The translations under genes were made by a program, and so were the position numbers. The notes beneath the pieces were generated by a model that was not told where the DNA came from, ran no database searches, and saw nothing but the letters and a program-made list of their open reading frames with translations. 64,000 nt of DNA from Carcharhinus amblyrhynchos (Eukaryota), in assembly GCA_965287045.1 (NCBI GenBank), contig OZ336872.1, forward strand, positions 94,054,001-94,118,000, given 5' to 3'. Positions 52,057-64,000 of the stretch are shown here, piece by piece. The stretch's first letter is position 1. Each line of letters starts with the position of its first letter.

Positions 52057-52780
52057 CATAGAACATAGAACATAGAACATTACAGCGCGGAACAGGCCCT
52101 TCGGCCCACAATGTTGCGCCGACCAGTCTTATTTTAAAAAAAAACATTGACCCACTAATCTAAACCAATCCCTTTTCGTCCATAAACCTATCCACCAATC
52201 TCTTAAACGCCCCCAAACTAGGCGCATTTACAACTGCAGCAGGCAGGGCATTCCAGTCCCTCACCACCCTCTGGGTAAAGAACCTGCCCCTGACATCCGT
52301 CCTATAACTACCCCCCCTTAATTTAAAGCCATGCCCCCTCGTGCTAGATTTCTCCATCCGAGGAAACAGGCTATCACCATCCACCCTATCTAAACCTCTA
52401 ATCATCTTATATGTTTCTATAAGATCCCCTCTTAGCCGCCTTCTTTCCAGTGAAAACAACCCCAAATCCCTCAGTCTCTCCTCATAGGACCTCCCCTGCA
52501 TACCAGGCAACATCCTGGTAAACCTCCTCTGCACCCTCTCCAAAGCCTCCACATCCTTCCTGTAATGTGGGGACCAGAACTGCACACAGTACTCCAAGTG
52601 CGGCCGCACCAGAGTTGTGTACAGTTGCAACATGACGCTGCGACTCCTAAATTCAATCCCCCTACCAATAAACGCCAAGACACCGTACGCCTTCTTAACA
52701 ACCTTATCTACTTGATTCCCAACTTTCAGGGATCTATGTACACATACACCTAGATCCCTCTGTTCATCCACTCTATTCAA
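52057..52780 (-). mobile_element. young 5'-truncated CR1 LINE with an open ORF2 C-terminal frame
   Basis: 206-aa uninterrupted frame QRDLGV...LYTTLVRPHLEYCVQFWSP...LERVQRRFTRM...LERRRLRGDLIETYK...TRGH...FFTQRVV..WNALP; (CATAGAA)3 tail. Confidence 0.95.
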
Positions 52781-53185
52781 AGCTCCTTCACTCTATTCAG
52801 TACGAGACCAGCGCTGCCTCTTTTTGGGAAAGCCTCCAGAGCAAAGCTGGTTCTTATTGGGAAAGCCTGCTGAATCACAGGCCAACCTGACAATGTCAAG
52901 GCCAGCGGTGAGCCTTCCCTTGGAATCAAGACACCAATCAGAGGCACTTATGCTCAGCAGCACCACTGGGGAGTCTGCGGTAGGCTGCTAGAGGGACAGG
53001 CACCAGAACCCCTGGATCACAGAGCAATCCCGGCCACAGATAAGCAATGTGGGGGAAGGGGTTTCGTATGGTGGAGACCATGGAGGAGGGATGCAGAGAG
53101 TTATCGTCAAGAGCAGGGAGGTGGTTCTCAACAGCATCCCCCCCACTCCCCTCCAGCTGATGTCCAGTGCCCAATCAGATACTGA

Positions 53186-54054
53186 GGACCATATTTTACC
53201 ATGTTGATTCATGTTGGGTGGACTTGAAACTGGAAGTGTTTCAGATCTGACTTTTAAACCTTTTCTGAGGCACCCCCATCCACACGGTGTGTAAAATATT
53301 AGCGATTCTGAATCACGCCGCACAAGCCCGTGGGCAGAGCTTAACATGCCCAAAATCCTGCAGCTCCCATTGGTGTCTCCAACTTCGCATGCGCAGAAAA
53401 AGAATGGTAGAATGTGGTTCCCCTGCCACATCCCTCCTGGGCCAGATAGTGCCTCCCCCTGGCCCCCACAGACATTGCCCCACCCCCACAACATTGCTGA
53501 CCCCCTTACTCCCCACTCACCCGCCACGCAGAGTGATCATGGCCCCCTCCCTCCCTTACAACCACCAATCTCAGGCAGAGTGACAGCGGAGCCCTACACT
53601 TCCCCCTCACTGATTTCAGGCAGATTGGCAGCGACCCCCCCCCACCAATTTGAAACAGAGAGCCTTTGTCCCCCCCATCCCCCTGCCCCCAACCTGAAGC
53701 AGAGAGCCGTCGGACACTTGTCACTTATCTCCTCAGTAGCTGGAGTGCCCAAATCAGACCTTTGTAGAGCACATCTGTTTCGCGCCGAATCTGGATGGGT
53801 GAACGCGGTGGTAAAGGGGGAAGTGCCTGTATGGTTGGGCGTGCAGCCCATTAAATCAATTTAAATGTGTGCAAATGCATTTAAATGGCCATCACGCCCG
53901 TTTCAGGGGCGGTCCCGATCGCAGCTATTTTTGGGCCTTGGTAAAGGAACAACCGGCATGGAGGCTGGAGCGGATCACGCTACTCGCCTCACGTCCAATT
54001 TTAGCAAGTTTACTCCCCCTAAAACGGGTGCAACACGATGATAAAATCAGGCCC
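53186..54054. mobile_element. non-autonomous PIF/Harbinger element with 3-bp TSD
   Basis: TGA|ggaccatattttaccat ... atgataaaatcaggccc|TGA; GC/CpG-rich interior. Confidence 0.75.
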
Positions 54055-54404
54055 TGAGTGCCTTTGTTCCAGAGGATCACGAACATCCCCACCTCTCCGT
54101 CTCCTCCCTGAAGTGACAAGCTGGCCACATGGCTTTAGTTGCAGTGCACACCACATGGCAGCAGCCCCACCTGCCATTGGGCTACTCTTAGTGGAAAGAT
54201 GAAGCATTTAAGTGGTCAAAAAATAGCAATTTAAAGGCTGCAGTTGACAGTGGGCACCCAGAACATAACTCTGTCAAAGGTGGGAAGGCAGTGGGGAAGT
54301 TCAGATATGTCACCTAATTACATGCCATTCCGCCTTCCAAACTTGCCATCAAAGAGAGCAGAAGATTCCATCCAGTGTTTTGAGTCCAATAGGACTCTTC
54401 TTTG

Positions 54405-54506
54405 GAACAGTGCGAAGAACTGGACTCAAAACGTTAACTCTGTTTCTTTTTCCACAGATGCTGCTGGACCTGCTGAGTTTTTCCAACATGTCCTGTTTTT
54501 ATTTCA
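54405..54506 (+). mobile_element. PLE family B terminal fragment
   Basis: ggactcaaaacgttaactctgtttctttttccacagatgctgctggacctgctgagtttttccaacat. Confidence 0.75.
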
Positions 54507-55185
54507 ATGCTATGTGATGTTTCCTTGAAATTGCTGAGTTATCTGATGTGGTGAAACTACTGCTGTTGGAAGAGGGCGGGGGTGTAACCCTGTTATCTGC
54601 TTAAGTCAAGGGTTTGTTGCTCTGGCGACTGCAAGGTTGCATAATTAGTGATTACTGCTTTCGATTACTCTGTTAAGCAGTTGCAACATTCATCTCATGA
54701 GATGTAATATTTATCTAAAGAAAAACAAAGGTACTGTTTTTAAAGTTTCAGTGTCTGGGGGAAATCATTTCTTGTTTCTTACCTAAATTGAAAGTTGCTA
54801 AAGGAAGATAGTAATTAACAACTCCGCCCAGTATATTATGAAACAATTATTAATGAAATTCCTGAACAGTTATTCCAGGAAGTACGTTTGTCTTACCATG
54901 TACTTAATGCATTTAGTGCTTTATATGCCATTTAATTGAACATTCAATTTCTTTATTTTAATCTCATTAAACAGTTTTGGCAGGTGGGCATGTGCCCTAT
55001 TTGGTAATGTTTTAAACTAGACAGACCATAAAGGTCCTTGATTCAAGTTCTTAACAATGCTGAGATAACTGATTGCTTGTAACGTTGTAATCTTACATCG
55101 GCCTTGATACACCTTGATCATTATCGAGTGACTAATGCTAGAAAAGGCCCGCTTGTGAATATCTGATCAGGATAGAATCCATATT

Positions 55186-55450
55186 TCATAGAATCCCTAC
55201 AGTGCAGAAGCAGGCCATTCAGTCCATCCAGTCTGCACCAACCACAATCCCACTCTAGTCCCTAATCTCATATTTACCCTGCTAATTCCTTGATATTAGG
55301 GTCAATTTAGCATGGCCAATCAACCTGAAAGACTGTGCAGAGTTATGGAGAGAACGTGGGAGAGTGGTACAATGTCAGTTGTACATTTGGAGAGCTGGCG
55401 CACACATGATGGGTGAATGGCCTCCTTTGCACTGTACCAATTCTGTGATT
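55186..55450. mobile_element. minus-strand SINE 3' part (55186-55328) joined to a plus-strand CR1-type tail (55335-55450)
   Basis: catagaatccctacagtgcagaagcaggccattc...tttagcatggccaatcaacct; then gttatggagagaacgtggg...gggtgaatggcctcct...ttctgtgatttct. Confidence 0.7.
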
Positions 55451-55671
55451 TCTATCCGGTTTCTGAACAACAGTGTCACAAATTGTCTGGCCTTGTTTCT
55501 TCTGTGGTTACTGCCAGTTCCTATTGAAATGATAAATTAGTGCACTTTTCTCATTATCATTAAAATATGGATAGAACAGACATTTAGATTAGAATTTGTA
55601 TTTCTGTTAGTCTAAGCACATTTCATATAGACAATACTGGAAGTACACTGCACATCAGCCCCCAAGTATAA

Positions 55672-55772
55672 ATAGTTCTGATGAAGGATCAAATGACAAG
55701 AAATATTTGTCTCTTCATGGATGCTGACTGATCTGTTACGTACTCCCAGCACTTTCGATTTCAGATTCCACC
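55672..55772 (+). mobile_element. PLE family B terminal fragment retaining CTGATGA
   Basis: agttctgatgaaggatcaaatgacaagaaat...atggatgctgactgatctg...tcccagcactttcgatttcagattcca. Confidence 0.6.
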
Positions 55773-56898
55773 AACATACTTTCAGTTTATTTTCTTGTCT
55801 TAATTTCTATTTATTAAGGAAATACTTCTTAATATTTAGAAGTTGGCAAATTAGAACAAAGATCTTTTTGTTCAATAGCAAATGCTTTTGAATGTTAAGT
55901 TTAAACTTGCTAACAAGCAAGACTTTACTATAGAAAAAAGCTAATGAAGTTTGCCTTTAGTCTGTCTAGTCGGTGTAGTTTAACAGTCAGATGCAATAGT
56001 TGATGCATATTTAAAATGTTTCACAGGAGATTTTACTATATCAGCTTACACTTCTGCGTTTTTTTTTGAAAATTAACCAAATGTGGAATGTATGGGCAAC
56101 TGTGACTATAGTGTTTCAATACAGCTGTTAAAATCAGTGCATTGGAATGCTCAGTGCTAACAGGACAATGTGCTTCACACTCTCCATTTGTTTAATCTGA
56201 CAGCCTTCCTTGCCCACTTGAGCTGCATTATTTGTTTTTGGGATTGCTTAGGTTAGCGTTGTTTGATGTGGAGGGAAGGCTTTGACCTTTATACTTTGTA
56301 CTTTTCTGTGGTTCTTGATTTTTTTTCTCTCTCTCAACACAATCTTGGAGCTGCTGAACTATAGCCAAAAGCATCTTGCATCCCTATGTAACAATGCTGG
56401 TCCCATAAATCTTACTCACACCAGTTATGGATTTGAAACCAGGCCCAGGTTAGATTGATTGTTTTGCGTAATCAGATTTTTTGTGAAGTCGGAAGAAATT
56501 TATTGTACCAATCAAAACTCTGGTTTGATTTGTAACTAGTGGGAAGGATGGGTAACCAGAGCAGACGAGTTTACAACTTTCAGGTGACATAAATGTTTTA
56601 AATCCCTCTTTTCACTTTCATTCAAATCTCTGCCTGTTTGAGGTGAAACATGGTCTAGTGATGACAAAATGATGACATTCAGACCAGCAGGGCTATTAAA
56701 TCTGAGACACAAAAACTGATGGCATGTAAATGTTTTGAAATCCATCCCTTTACTCCTCTGGTTATTTACATTAACACTCCATTTCTCTTCCATTAAAAGT
56801 CAAGTGTTATCCCACTATTGAGACTTCAAAAATGTTACCAGAAGGTTCTGCATAAAGCTATATAAATAACACAGTGACACTTCCATTCTTTCTTCCAG

Positions 56899-57054
56899 CT
56901 TGTAAAATTGGATACTACAAGGCCTTGTCGACAGATCCAAGCTGCTCAAAATGTCCGCCGCACAGCTCGTCCACCCAGGAAGCTTCCACATACTGCATTT
57001 GTGAAAGGGGTTACTTCAGAGCTGAAGATGATCCCTTGTCTATGCCTTGTACAA
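56899..57054 (+). CDS. EPHA4: EPHA4 coding exon 4 (EGF-like cysteine-rich region)
   Basis: polypyrimidine tract ttccattctttcttccag|CTTGT...TGTACAA|gtgagc; 156 bp, phase 1/1; (A)[22 protein letters not shown]...[19 protein letters not shown] continues the exon 3 frame. Confidence 0.96.
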
Positions 57055-58509
57055 GTGAGCCTCATTTTCATTTTATATTTTGTCTCAATTATTTTTCAAA
57101 GTGCGGTTCAGTCCCTCGTTCTGCCTATGATTCCAACAATTAAGTAATTTTAATATAAGTATGCTCTGGTGCATTATAGATCTAAAAAAATGAATAGCTG
57201 TGCTTTAATGGAATTTAAATCTGAATGTATTTTCGCCTTTTGAAAACAAAGGGGATTGCTGGCATATTTAATTCAATTTTTCACTTAAAACATGACAGAG
57301 TGTGTATTAGTTTGAAATGAGCTGTCCACAGTGGATATTTACGTGTTGGTAGAGTAACGATGTGTAAACAAAGTAAACTGCATTGTGTTTAATCGCACAT
57401 TCAATTCAAGAAAAGAGGCAAGTGGGGGGAAACAGACGCTGAGCACTAGTAGTAGAAAAGGAACCACGGGAGATGGCCCAGGAGCAATGATGAAAGAGGT
57501 TCTTTCAGAAGACTTTGAAAGTAGCAAAGTACTATTAAGAGAAAGGAGCTCCAGAGTTCAAGGTCATGGTGGTTAACAAATCTTCTGGCTTTCGTGACTG
57601 GTTGATGGAGCTGCAAGCTGCACTGTGATGCATTTTCAAAGATCATCCCTATTGGGATCCCTGTTGTGTTCATCACCAAAGTACCAGTCGCACTTGGCAC
57701 ACAGAGTAAAGCAAAGGGATGGGGAAAGACATCAGTGAACCAGAGCTGAAAGAGTCAAGGACACACGCTGAGATATGTAGGAGGGTGATGATGAACTCTG
57801 TCAGGAGAAGAGACAGACAGGGTTAAATCTGTAAATTGCATTCTTTAGCTGTATTCTATGATTGATGGACCTCCTGCCCCTTCAGATGGAATTTTTAGCT
57901 GTTGGAAACTCCAAGAACATCAATGAGGGCTGCTGTTTGAGTGTTGCCCAAGATAGAGTGCTAACCTGGAAACCGTCTGATAGATGATTCAATGTCAATA
58001 CACTTTCTGTGCCAAAGGGACTGTAAATTTGAAATCAATTTGACTTAATTGAAAATTGCTTGGGGATTAACCATGAAACTAAGATTTTCCAATTCACTCG
58101 AGCATGGTCAGAATGTTGTTTAAGTAACTAGAGTTTTGCAGTACATCAGATTGCTTCATTAGTCTCATCGAATGGGTATTAGATCTAATAATGAACAATA
58201 ATTTATGCAGTAATTAAATATAAACACTCTGATTTTAACAAGAAAATGAAATATCAATATGGTTGTCATATTGGAATAAGGTGGAATTAATTTCAACCTA
58301 TTCGATAGATTTGATATGTGTTGCCAAAATACATAACAAACTTTAGAATGGAATGCTATATTTTAAATACACTTTCAACTTTTCATTCAGAAAAAAGCAT
58401 CACATTCATTGCTTCAATATTAAACAGAATTATTTTCTGCAATATGTAGAATTTGCATATGTTCCTTAATCTGACACCTGCAGATACAACTTTCTGAACA
58501 ACTAAAGTA

Positions 58510-59088
58510 AGGTGGCACAGTGGCATAATGGTTAGCACTGTTACTCACAGTGTCAGTGACCCGGCTTGGGTCACTGTCTGTGCGAAGATTGCGCATTCTC
58601 TCCCCATTTGGCCCATCAGGTCTGCACCAATCACAATCCCATCCAGGCGCTATCCCCATAACCCCATGCATTTACCTTAGCTAGCCTCCCTGACATTAAG
58701 GGGCAATTCAGCATGGCCCATCCATCTAATCCCCACATCTTTGGACTGCAGGAGGAAACTGGAGCACCCGGAAGAAACCCACTCAGACACAGGGAGAATA
58801 TGCTAACTCCATACAGAGAGTGACCCAAGCCAGGAATTGAACGCGGGCCCTTGGCGCTGTGAGGCAGCAGTGCTAACCTAAAAGATATGCAGGTTAGGTG
58901 GGTTGGTCATAATAAATTACTATCTAGCGTCCAACAATTTGCAGCTTAGGTAAATTAGCCATGGTTAGTGCACAGGGTTACGGGGATAGGGTCAGGGGAC
59001 TTAGGTAAGATGCTCTTTCGGAGAGTGGGTGCAGACTTGATGGGCCAAATAGCTTCCTACTACTCTGTAGGGATTCAATGGATTCTGT
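58510..59088 (+). mobile_element. HE1-like SINE (outer) split by an antisense HE1-like SINE (inner, ~58605-58878, minus strand)
   Basis: + head to ...gcgcattctctcccc, then an inverted copy ending gaggcagcagtgctaacc, then + strand resumes aaagatatgcaggttaggtggg...gtagggattc. Confidence 0.88.
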
Positions 59089-59384
59089 TAGTGAGCTACA
59101 GATTACACTGCTAGAAGCTTTACAGTATTTACTCCACATTACTTTTCTTAATATGTAGACCCAGAGAGAAAATATTGACAGCCTGTTCAACTACATCTGA
59201 GACCAATGTCAATCAATGAAAACTAGTCTAATAGATGAGTATAACCTTCTACAAGATAAGCTATAAGAGTTTGGAGACGATAAAGGGATGAAGGTGAGTT
59301 GCAGCAGGGGGTAATAAAAAATATACAGTATTATGAAGCTGTAAATAGTCAGTTTTTGTGATGGAGAAGATGGATTAAAACCAA

Positions 59385-59533
59385 TGGGTTTTGTGAGGAT
59401 GAAGATGGGTTTTGTGAAACAAAAGATGAGTTTTTTGAAAAGGTAGATGGCTTTTGTGAAGATGGTTTTTTTATGAAGATGAAGATGGGTTTTGTGAAGA
59501 CGAAGATGGTTAGTGAACATGGATTTTGTGAAG
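59385..59533. repeat. degenerate ~21-bp minisatellite, about 7 units
   Basis: consensus approximately gggttttgtgaagatgaagat, with shortened units. Confidence 0.8.
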
Positions 59534-62329
59534 TGCTGGATAGATGATATGCCCAATCCTTTAGTCTAAATCATAGCAAATGTTTCCAAAATATTTTCCA
59601 CACAACAATAATCTGACATATTACAAAGGCTGATTACTTTTTGACAATACTTTCTTACACTTGCCTCAGGCTTTTTGGCTATAATATAGACCCTATTTCA
59701 TTGATGTTTAACCCCTTTTTCTGATAATCCACCCCCCAATCCCCAATTTTATTAACTAAATTTTGCTCTCAAGGAAGACCATTTCTGAATGCTGCCTGTT
59801 ACAGGAGTTTATTGTTTGCAATCTTGCTTGTACCCTTTGTGTTTTGGATTATACTTTCTATCATCACTGACCTTTCTGTCAGGCACTTATGCCCTGCCCT
59901 CTAGAACTCACTTCTTGAACTTTGTCTAATAATTCTGCTGTAAGATTGTTCAAAATAGTGACATATGTGGTTAAAAAAAAACGACATGCTGAAAGCCAGT
60001 TTTATTGTTACTAAGTGGGCTACTGGACCTTATTCCCAAAATGTTTGTCAACAGAAATTTGGAAAGAAATTTATTACCCTTTTCCAGCCTGAAATTGGAA
60101 AGAAGCACTAAATGTAAATCTGTTTCTCATGTTGAATGATAAATGGTGCAGAATGCCACAGAAACTTTTGCTAACAGATAATGTAATCTGAGCACCACCA
60201 TTTGAATAAACTGGCCTCCAGCAAACTAAACACTTTCCATATCTGTTGAAAGAAATCTATTAATGCTGGTGATATGTGGATCCGTCAGGAAAGAAGCAAA
60301 AACAGACCCCAAAACAATCATTTAACAATATTGAAATAACTTATTTCTCTTGTTTACCGCCATTAATTTTCACAGAAATGTGCCTTTCTGCTTCACTGAG
60401 TTGACAATGTTTAGCGGTTGATTTTATTCACCATGTTAGTCCATGGTAGTGTTTATGTATGGTGTTGGCTGGAAATGATGAAATTAAAGAGATTCTGGCA
60501 TCATTCGTCAAATCTCCTCAAAAATCAAGCTGGAGAGCTAAGCTTTTCAAGAACAGTCTTGAGACATATAAATAAAGAAACTTTCTTCTTGATTGAAATT
60601 TTTCTCATCTCATACAAAATACTTAGAACTCATCTCCAGTGCTGGAACCACTTTCTTCTCTATACAAATAGCTTCCACAGATAAAGCATGGAGCAGATGT
60701 GAAATATTACGATTTGCATAATGTTATTATTTTCTTCCTTTTTTTGAATGCCTCATCATCCACACATCACTTTTTCCATTATTTTGCCATAGACTGTGAC
60801 TCAGTCGAGGTGTTCCATATGTAAAGACAGCCCTCTGGTACCTTGACCATGTTCAACGTTCTGGGAAATTAAGTGTTGGTCAACAGTTTAGCCATGAGGA
60901 CATTTATAGGCTCTGACATCACAAAATGTCCATCCCAGCACAGAAGTCACAATGTTCCTTACCCAAAGCCAGGAGTATCAAGTCCAATTGTAACATCCTA
61001 TCATTAGTTCAGCTGGATGCAACTGACTTAACCTTATCTAGGGCTCAATAAGAAGGTTTTAATGCAGCCTGCAAGAGAGGAAAAATGAAAATTTAATTAG
61101 GCAGGATGCAAAATCTCAGTTTCCTGATAGCAGGTTGAGATGTAGAGATAAAGTTTGTGTTTTGTTACGCCATGCGCCAGCTTGTGGTGAGTCCATATTT
61201 CTAATGGATTTGCATGCTATTTGCTTAAAACAATTCAAAATTACATTCTTGGTGAATGAGAATCTCATGTCAACTGGTTCACATTTGTTTAAAGGTGGTG
61301 TGCATCAGTTGGCTTTGTGCAGCTGTGTGTCAGCCCAGCGCTTTTCCATATTTAACTCCGTAGTACAAGGGAGAGGAGCAGGAGAATGGTAGCTTGCATG
61401 GAGCTTGGGATCAGTAAGGGTGAGCGGCACAGGGGGTGGGGTTGAGGGCCTGGAGGAATAGAAAAGAGACCTGAAGATGGAAGAGGAACCCAAGAAAGGA
61501 CAGAGGGTGGGATCAAGGGGATAGAGGAGTGAAGTGGGAAGAACCTGGTGTCCTGGGTGTGTTGGGGTTTGAGTGAGGCAACAATCAGTCATGGTCAGAA
61601 AATGAGAGGCCTAAGGAAGATGTTAGCACTATCCAGATCCATTTTGAGGTGTTGGCCGGCAGAGTTCTTACCAGGATTTGAGTTCGCCTACCACATTTCA
61701 GTTGTCCCTCCTGAGACTGATCTCAAACAATCTCTCTTACAATGGATAGAAAGGAGGGCTGGCTGAGCCTGCAAATTTGGCCATGTCCCACAGAGTAGCA
61801 AGTACAATATTGGACATGAACATACAATAAAGAGTGAACAAAAAAAAACAAAATAAAGTAAGTGTCCCAAAATCCCCTGTAACCATCTATGCATGCCAAC
61901 CATGCACTGATACCAGTATATTTTGCTCTTTAAGTCCCAACAAATAATGATGCATGCACGAATAAAGTGAAACAAATGTAATGTGACATTTAATTTTGAA
62001 AAACACCCTTTGTGCTTTCAATTTTGATATTAGATGGAGTTGGGCAGGAAGGCTTTGGCCGTGATGCAAAGTCTCCCTATTTATCCAGGAAACTCTTTAA
62101 TAGCTTAACCATAGCTGCTGCACTGTCAGTGGGTTTCACCACTGGAAAGCACCCACGCCGCAGAATTGCACATCTACATTGCTGGCACTTCGGATTTTAA
62201 TTGTAATCATGTGGGAAATGGGAAAGAGCAAGAAAGTGCAAGCATTTCCACTTCCAGTTTTGCTGTCAGTCACTGACACAATTCTGCCCAATAGGGGCTG
62301 AATCTTGAACTCAATTTAATGTGTATCGG

Positions 62330-62464
62330 AGTATTTATCTGTTAAATTGGCTGCTGCGTTTCTAACAGTAACTACATTTCAAAAATACTCAGTTGGCTAT
62401 ACAGAACTTTGCGTTACCCTCGAAGTTGTGAAAGGCACTATATAAATGCAAGTTCTTTCTTTCT
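62330..62464 (+). mobile_element. L2-tailed SINE/LINE 3' end
   Basis: aaattggctgctgcgtttct...actacatttcaaaaatactcagttggct...gaaaggcactatataaatgcaagttctttct. Confidence 0.7.
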
Positions 62465-64000
62465 GTTAACCAGCAGGGAGCCATATTCAACCTTATTTTT
62501 ACAAATTGCTGGACTGTATCAAATTTGGATTGATTCCTGGTAGATGTTATCTTTGCAAACAGTAACCCTATTGACTCAAAAGTAAATCAGTGGACTTTAT
62601 TTCAATGTTGTACTGTTTTTGCAATACTGGTTAATGCATTTTTGTTAAATTCATGTTTATATGTTTTAACATAGCTATTAATCCATTTAAAATAAACATA
62701 AAACATTAGTGTAATAAAAATAGTGTCTAGAAGAAAATAAATCCTCAAGATGGCAGGAGTCATCTTCAACCTGCTTTTTTTAATGTTTGTTATTGTCCTG
62801 TAACAAGTTGTGTTAGTACTAGTGAAAAATATATACTTGCGGAACCATTTCCTTCTAAAATCATTCCATTTTAATTATCTTTAATTTCCCCCTTGCTAAG
62901 GATCAATATCAGCAGTCAAAACACAGCAAAGCCACCGATCTTTGCCCTTTGAACCTAGTTCCCAGCAGTCTCAGGACCAAGTGCAAAGCCAAGAAATCTG
63001 AATACACAAACTGCATGTTACCAGTATCGATTTCTTCTGGTGAAACAAAAATTATAAGGGTACTGTCTGAAAGGATATGTTTTCATAGTGAGGCTCGTAC
63101 ATGTAGATTGGAACAAAATATAATTACAGTACAGTGGAGCATTAACCCCATGTCACTTAAAGTAGTCCAAGAGGTTCCTACTGGTTTTTTTAAATCTTAT
63201 GTTACATATTGCATTAACTACATTTCATTTCCAAAAAATGTTCAACACTAACTGCATGGTCCCACTGTAAAGTGTTCCTAGTCTGCTAACGAGATTGGGT
63301 AATGGCGTTTCAAAGTTAATTATAATGCAAACTATGCTTTTCCAGAGCCTTAATAAAGTAGCCGAAAGGCATGTCAGAAACATCAACATGGTCGCTTTAA
63401 TTAATATTAAACAATTTCCCTGCGCAGGAACAGCAGAATGGGAATTTAATTGCTATTTATAAACTTAACTGAATTAATAATGGGATGGTTGTAACTGCGC
63501 AGAGCTTGCAGCTCTAGCTGGATTAGAAATGGCTACCCTCTTCGCTATAAGCTGGTGCACAATGCTGCTTTTCCTTTTGCTCAGCTTCATCCTTCCACTT
63601 TGTTGTGTAACCATGTTTCTCTTCTTTGGTGTGCTGCTCCTCAACTCTTACAAGCAGCTGCTTCCCAGTTTTACGCCTCACTGGTTCCCTGTTTAGACAC
63701 TGTCGTGCCCTGTCCCACATAATAATTATTGACTTTTGCTTCCAAAAAGCTCTTATTCAGTGCGGGACATTTTCCCACGTGAACACAAGAGCATTCTGTT
63801 GTGATGCAGTTTGAAAAGTCCAATCCACAAAATGACCTTCTAATAAACTAGAAATATTCCCTCCCAATCTTGCCACTGCAGGTTTATTCCTGATTATTGT
63901 TTTGAAAGCACGATCCTTGCTCTTGTGCGCTGAGCATCTTAAAAGTGTTTTTATTGCTTACCATTCAAGAGTGCAAAGGAAAGGTTTACAAGTGCAGTCA

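Noticed and set aside
52160-52780. 206-aa ORF as a host gene
   Set aside because: It is the C-terminus of CR1 ORF2 in a 5'-truncated copy with its microsatellite tail
54990-55180. LF-SINE-like ancient element (also ~39085-39410)
   Set aside because: Only vague similarity from memory; would need an nhmmer search against Dfam
57055-64000. EPHA4 exon 5 (fibronectin III, RPPSAP...)
   Set aside because: No matching peptide in the ORF track; it probably lies downstream

Overview
Eukaryotic, not prokaryotic, DNA. The window is the 5' part of a vertebrate EPHA4 receptor tyrosine kinase gene on the + strand. The host is almost certainly a cartilaginous fish, inferred from HE1-like V-SINEs and shark-type CR1/L2/Penelope repeats. 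Three coding exons are present with canonical AG/GT boundaries and compatible phases: exon 2 (1748-1815), exon 3 (5270-5933) and exon 4 (56899-57054). Exon 1 and exon 5 onward were not found. Everything else is intron, mostly a ~51 kb intron 3 containing tRNA-derived SINEs, CR1 and L2 LINE fragments, PIF/Harbinger relics and MITEs, and Penelope-like element (PLE) ends. The most notable observations are: (i) very short PLE-type insertions that form near-perfect 53-61 bp fold-back hairpins, with target-site duplications and junction microhomology; (ii) decayed minimal hammerhead-ribozyme cores in two PLE terminal-repeat families; (iii) a U2 snRNA 5' fragment fused to an unrelated A-tailed sequence, a candidate U2-headed SINE or Keno/Utopia-type chimera; (iv) a locally templated inverted copy of a SINE end plus its flank. 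All alignments were made by eye, no database search was run, and repeat boundaries are approximate unless TSDs are quoted.
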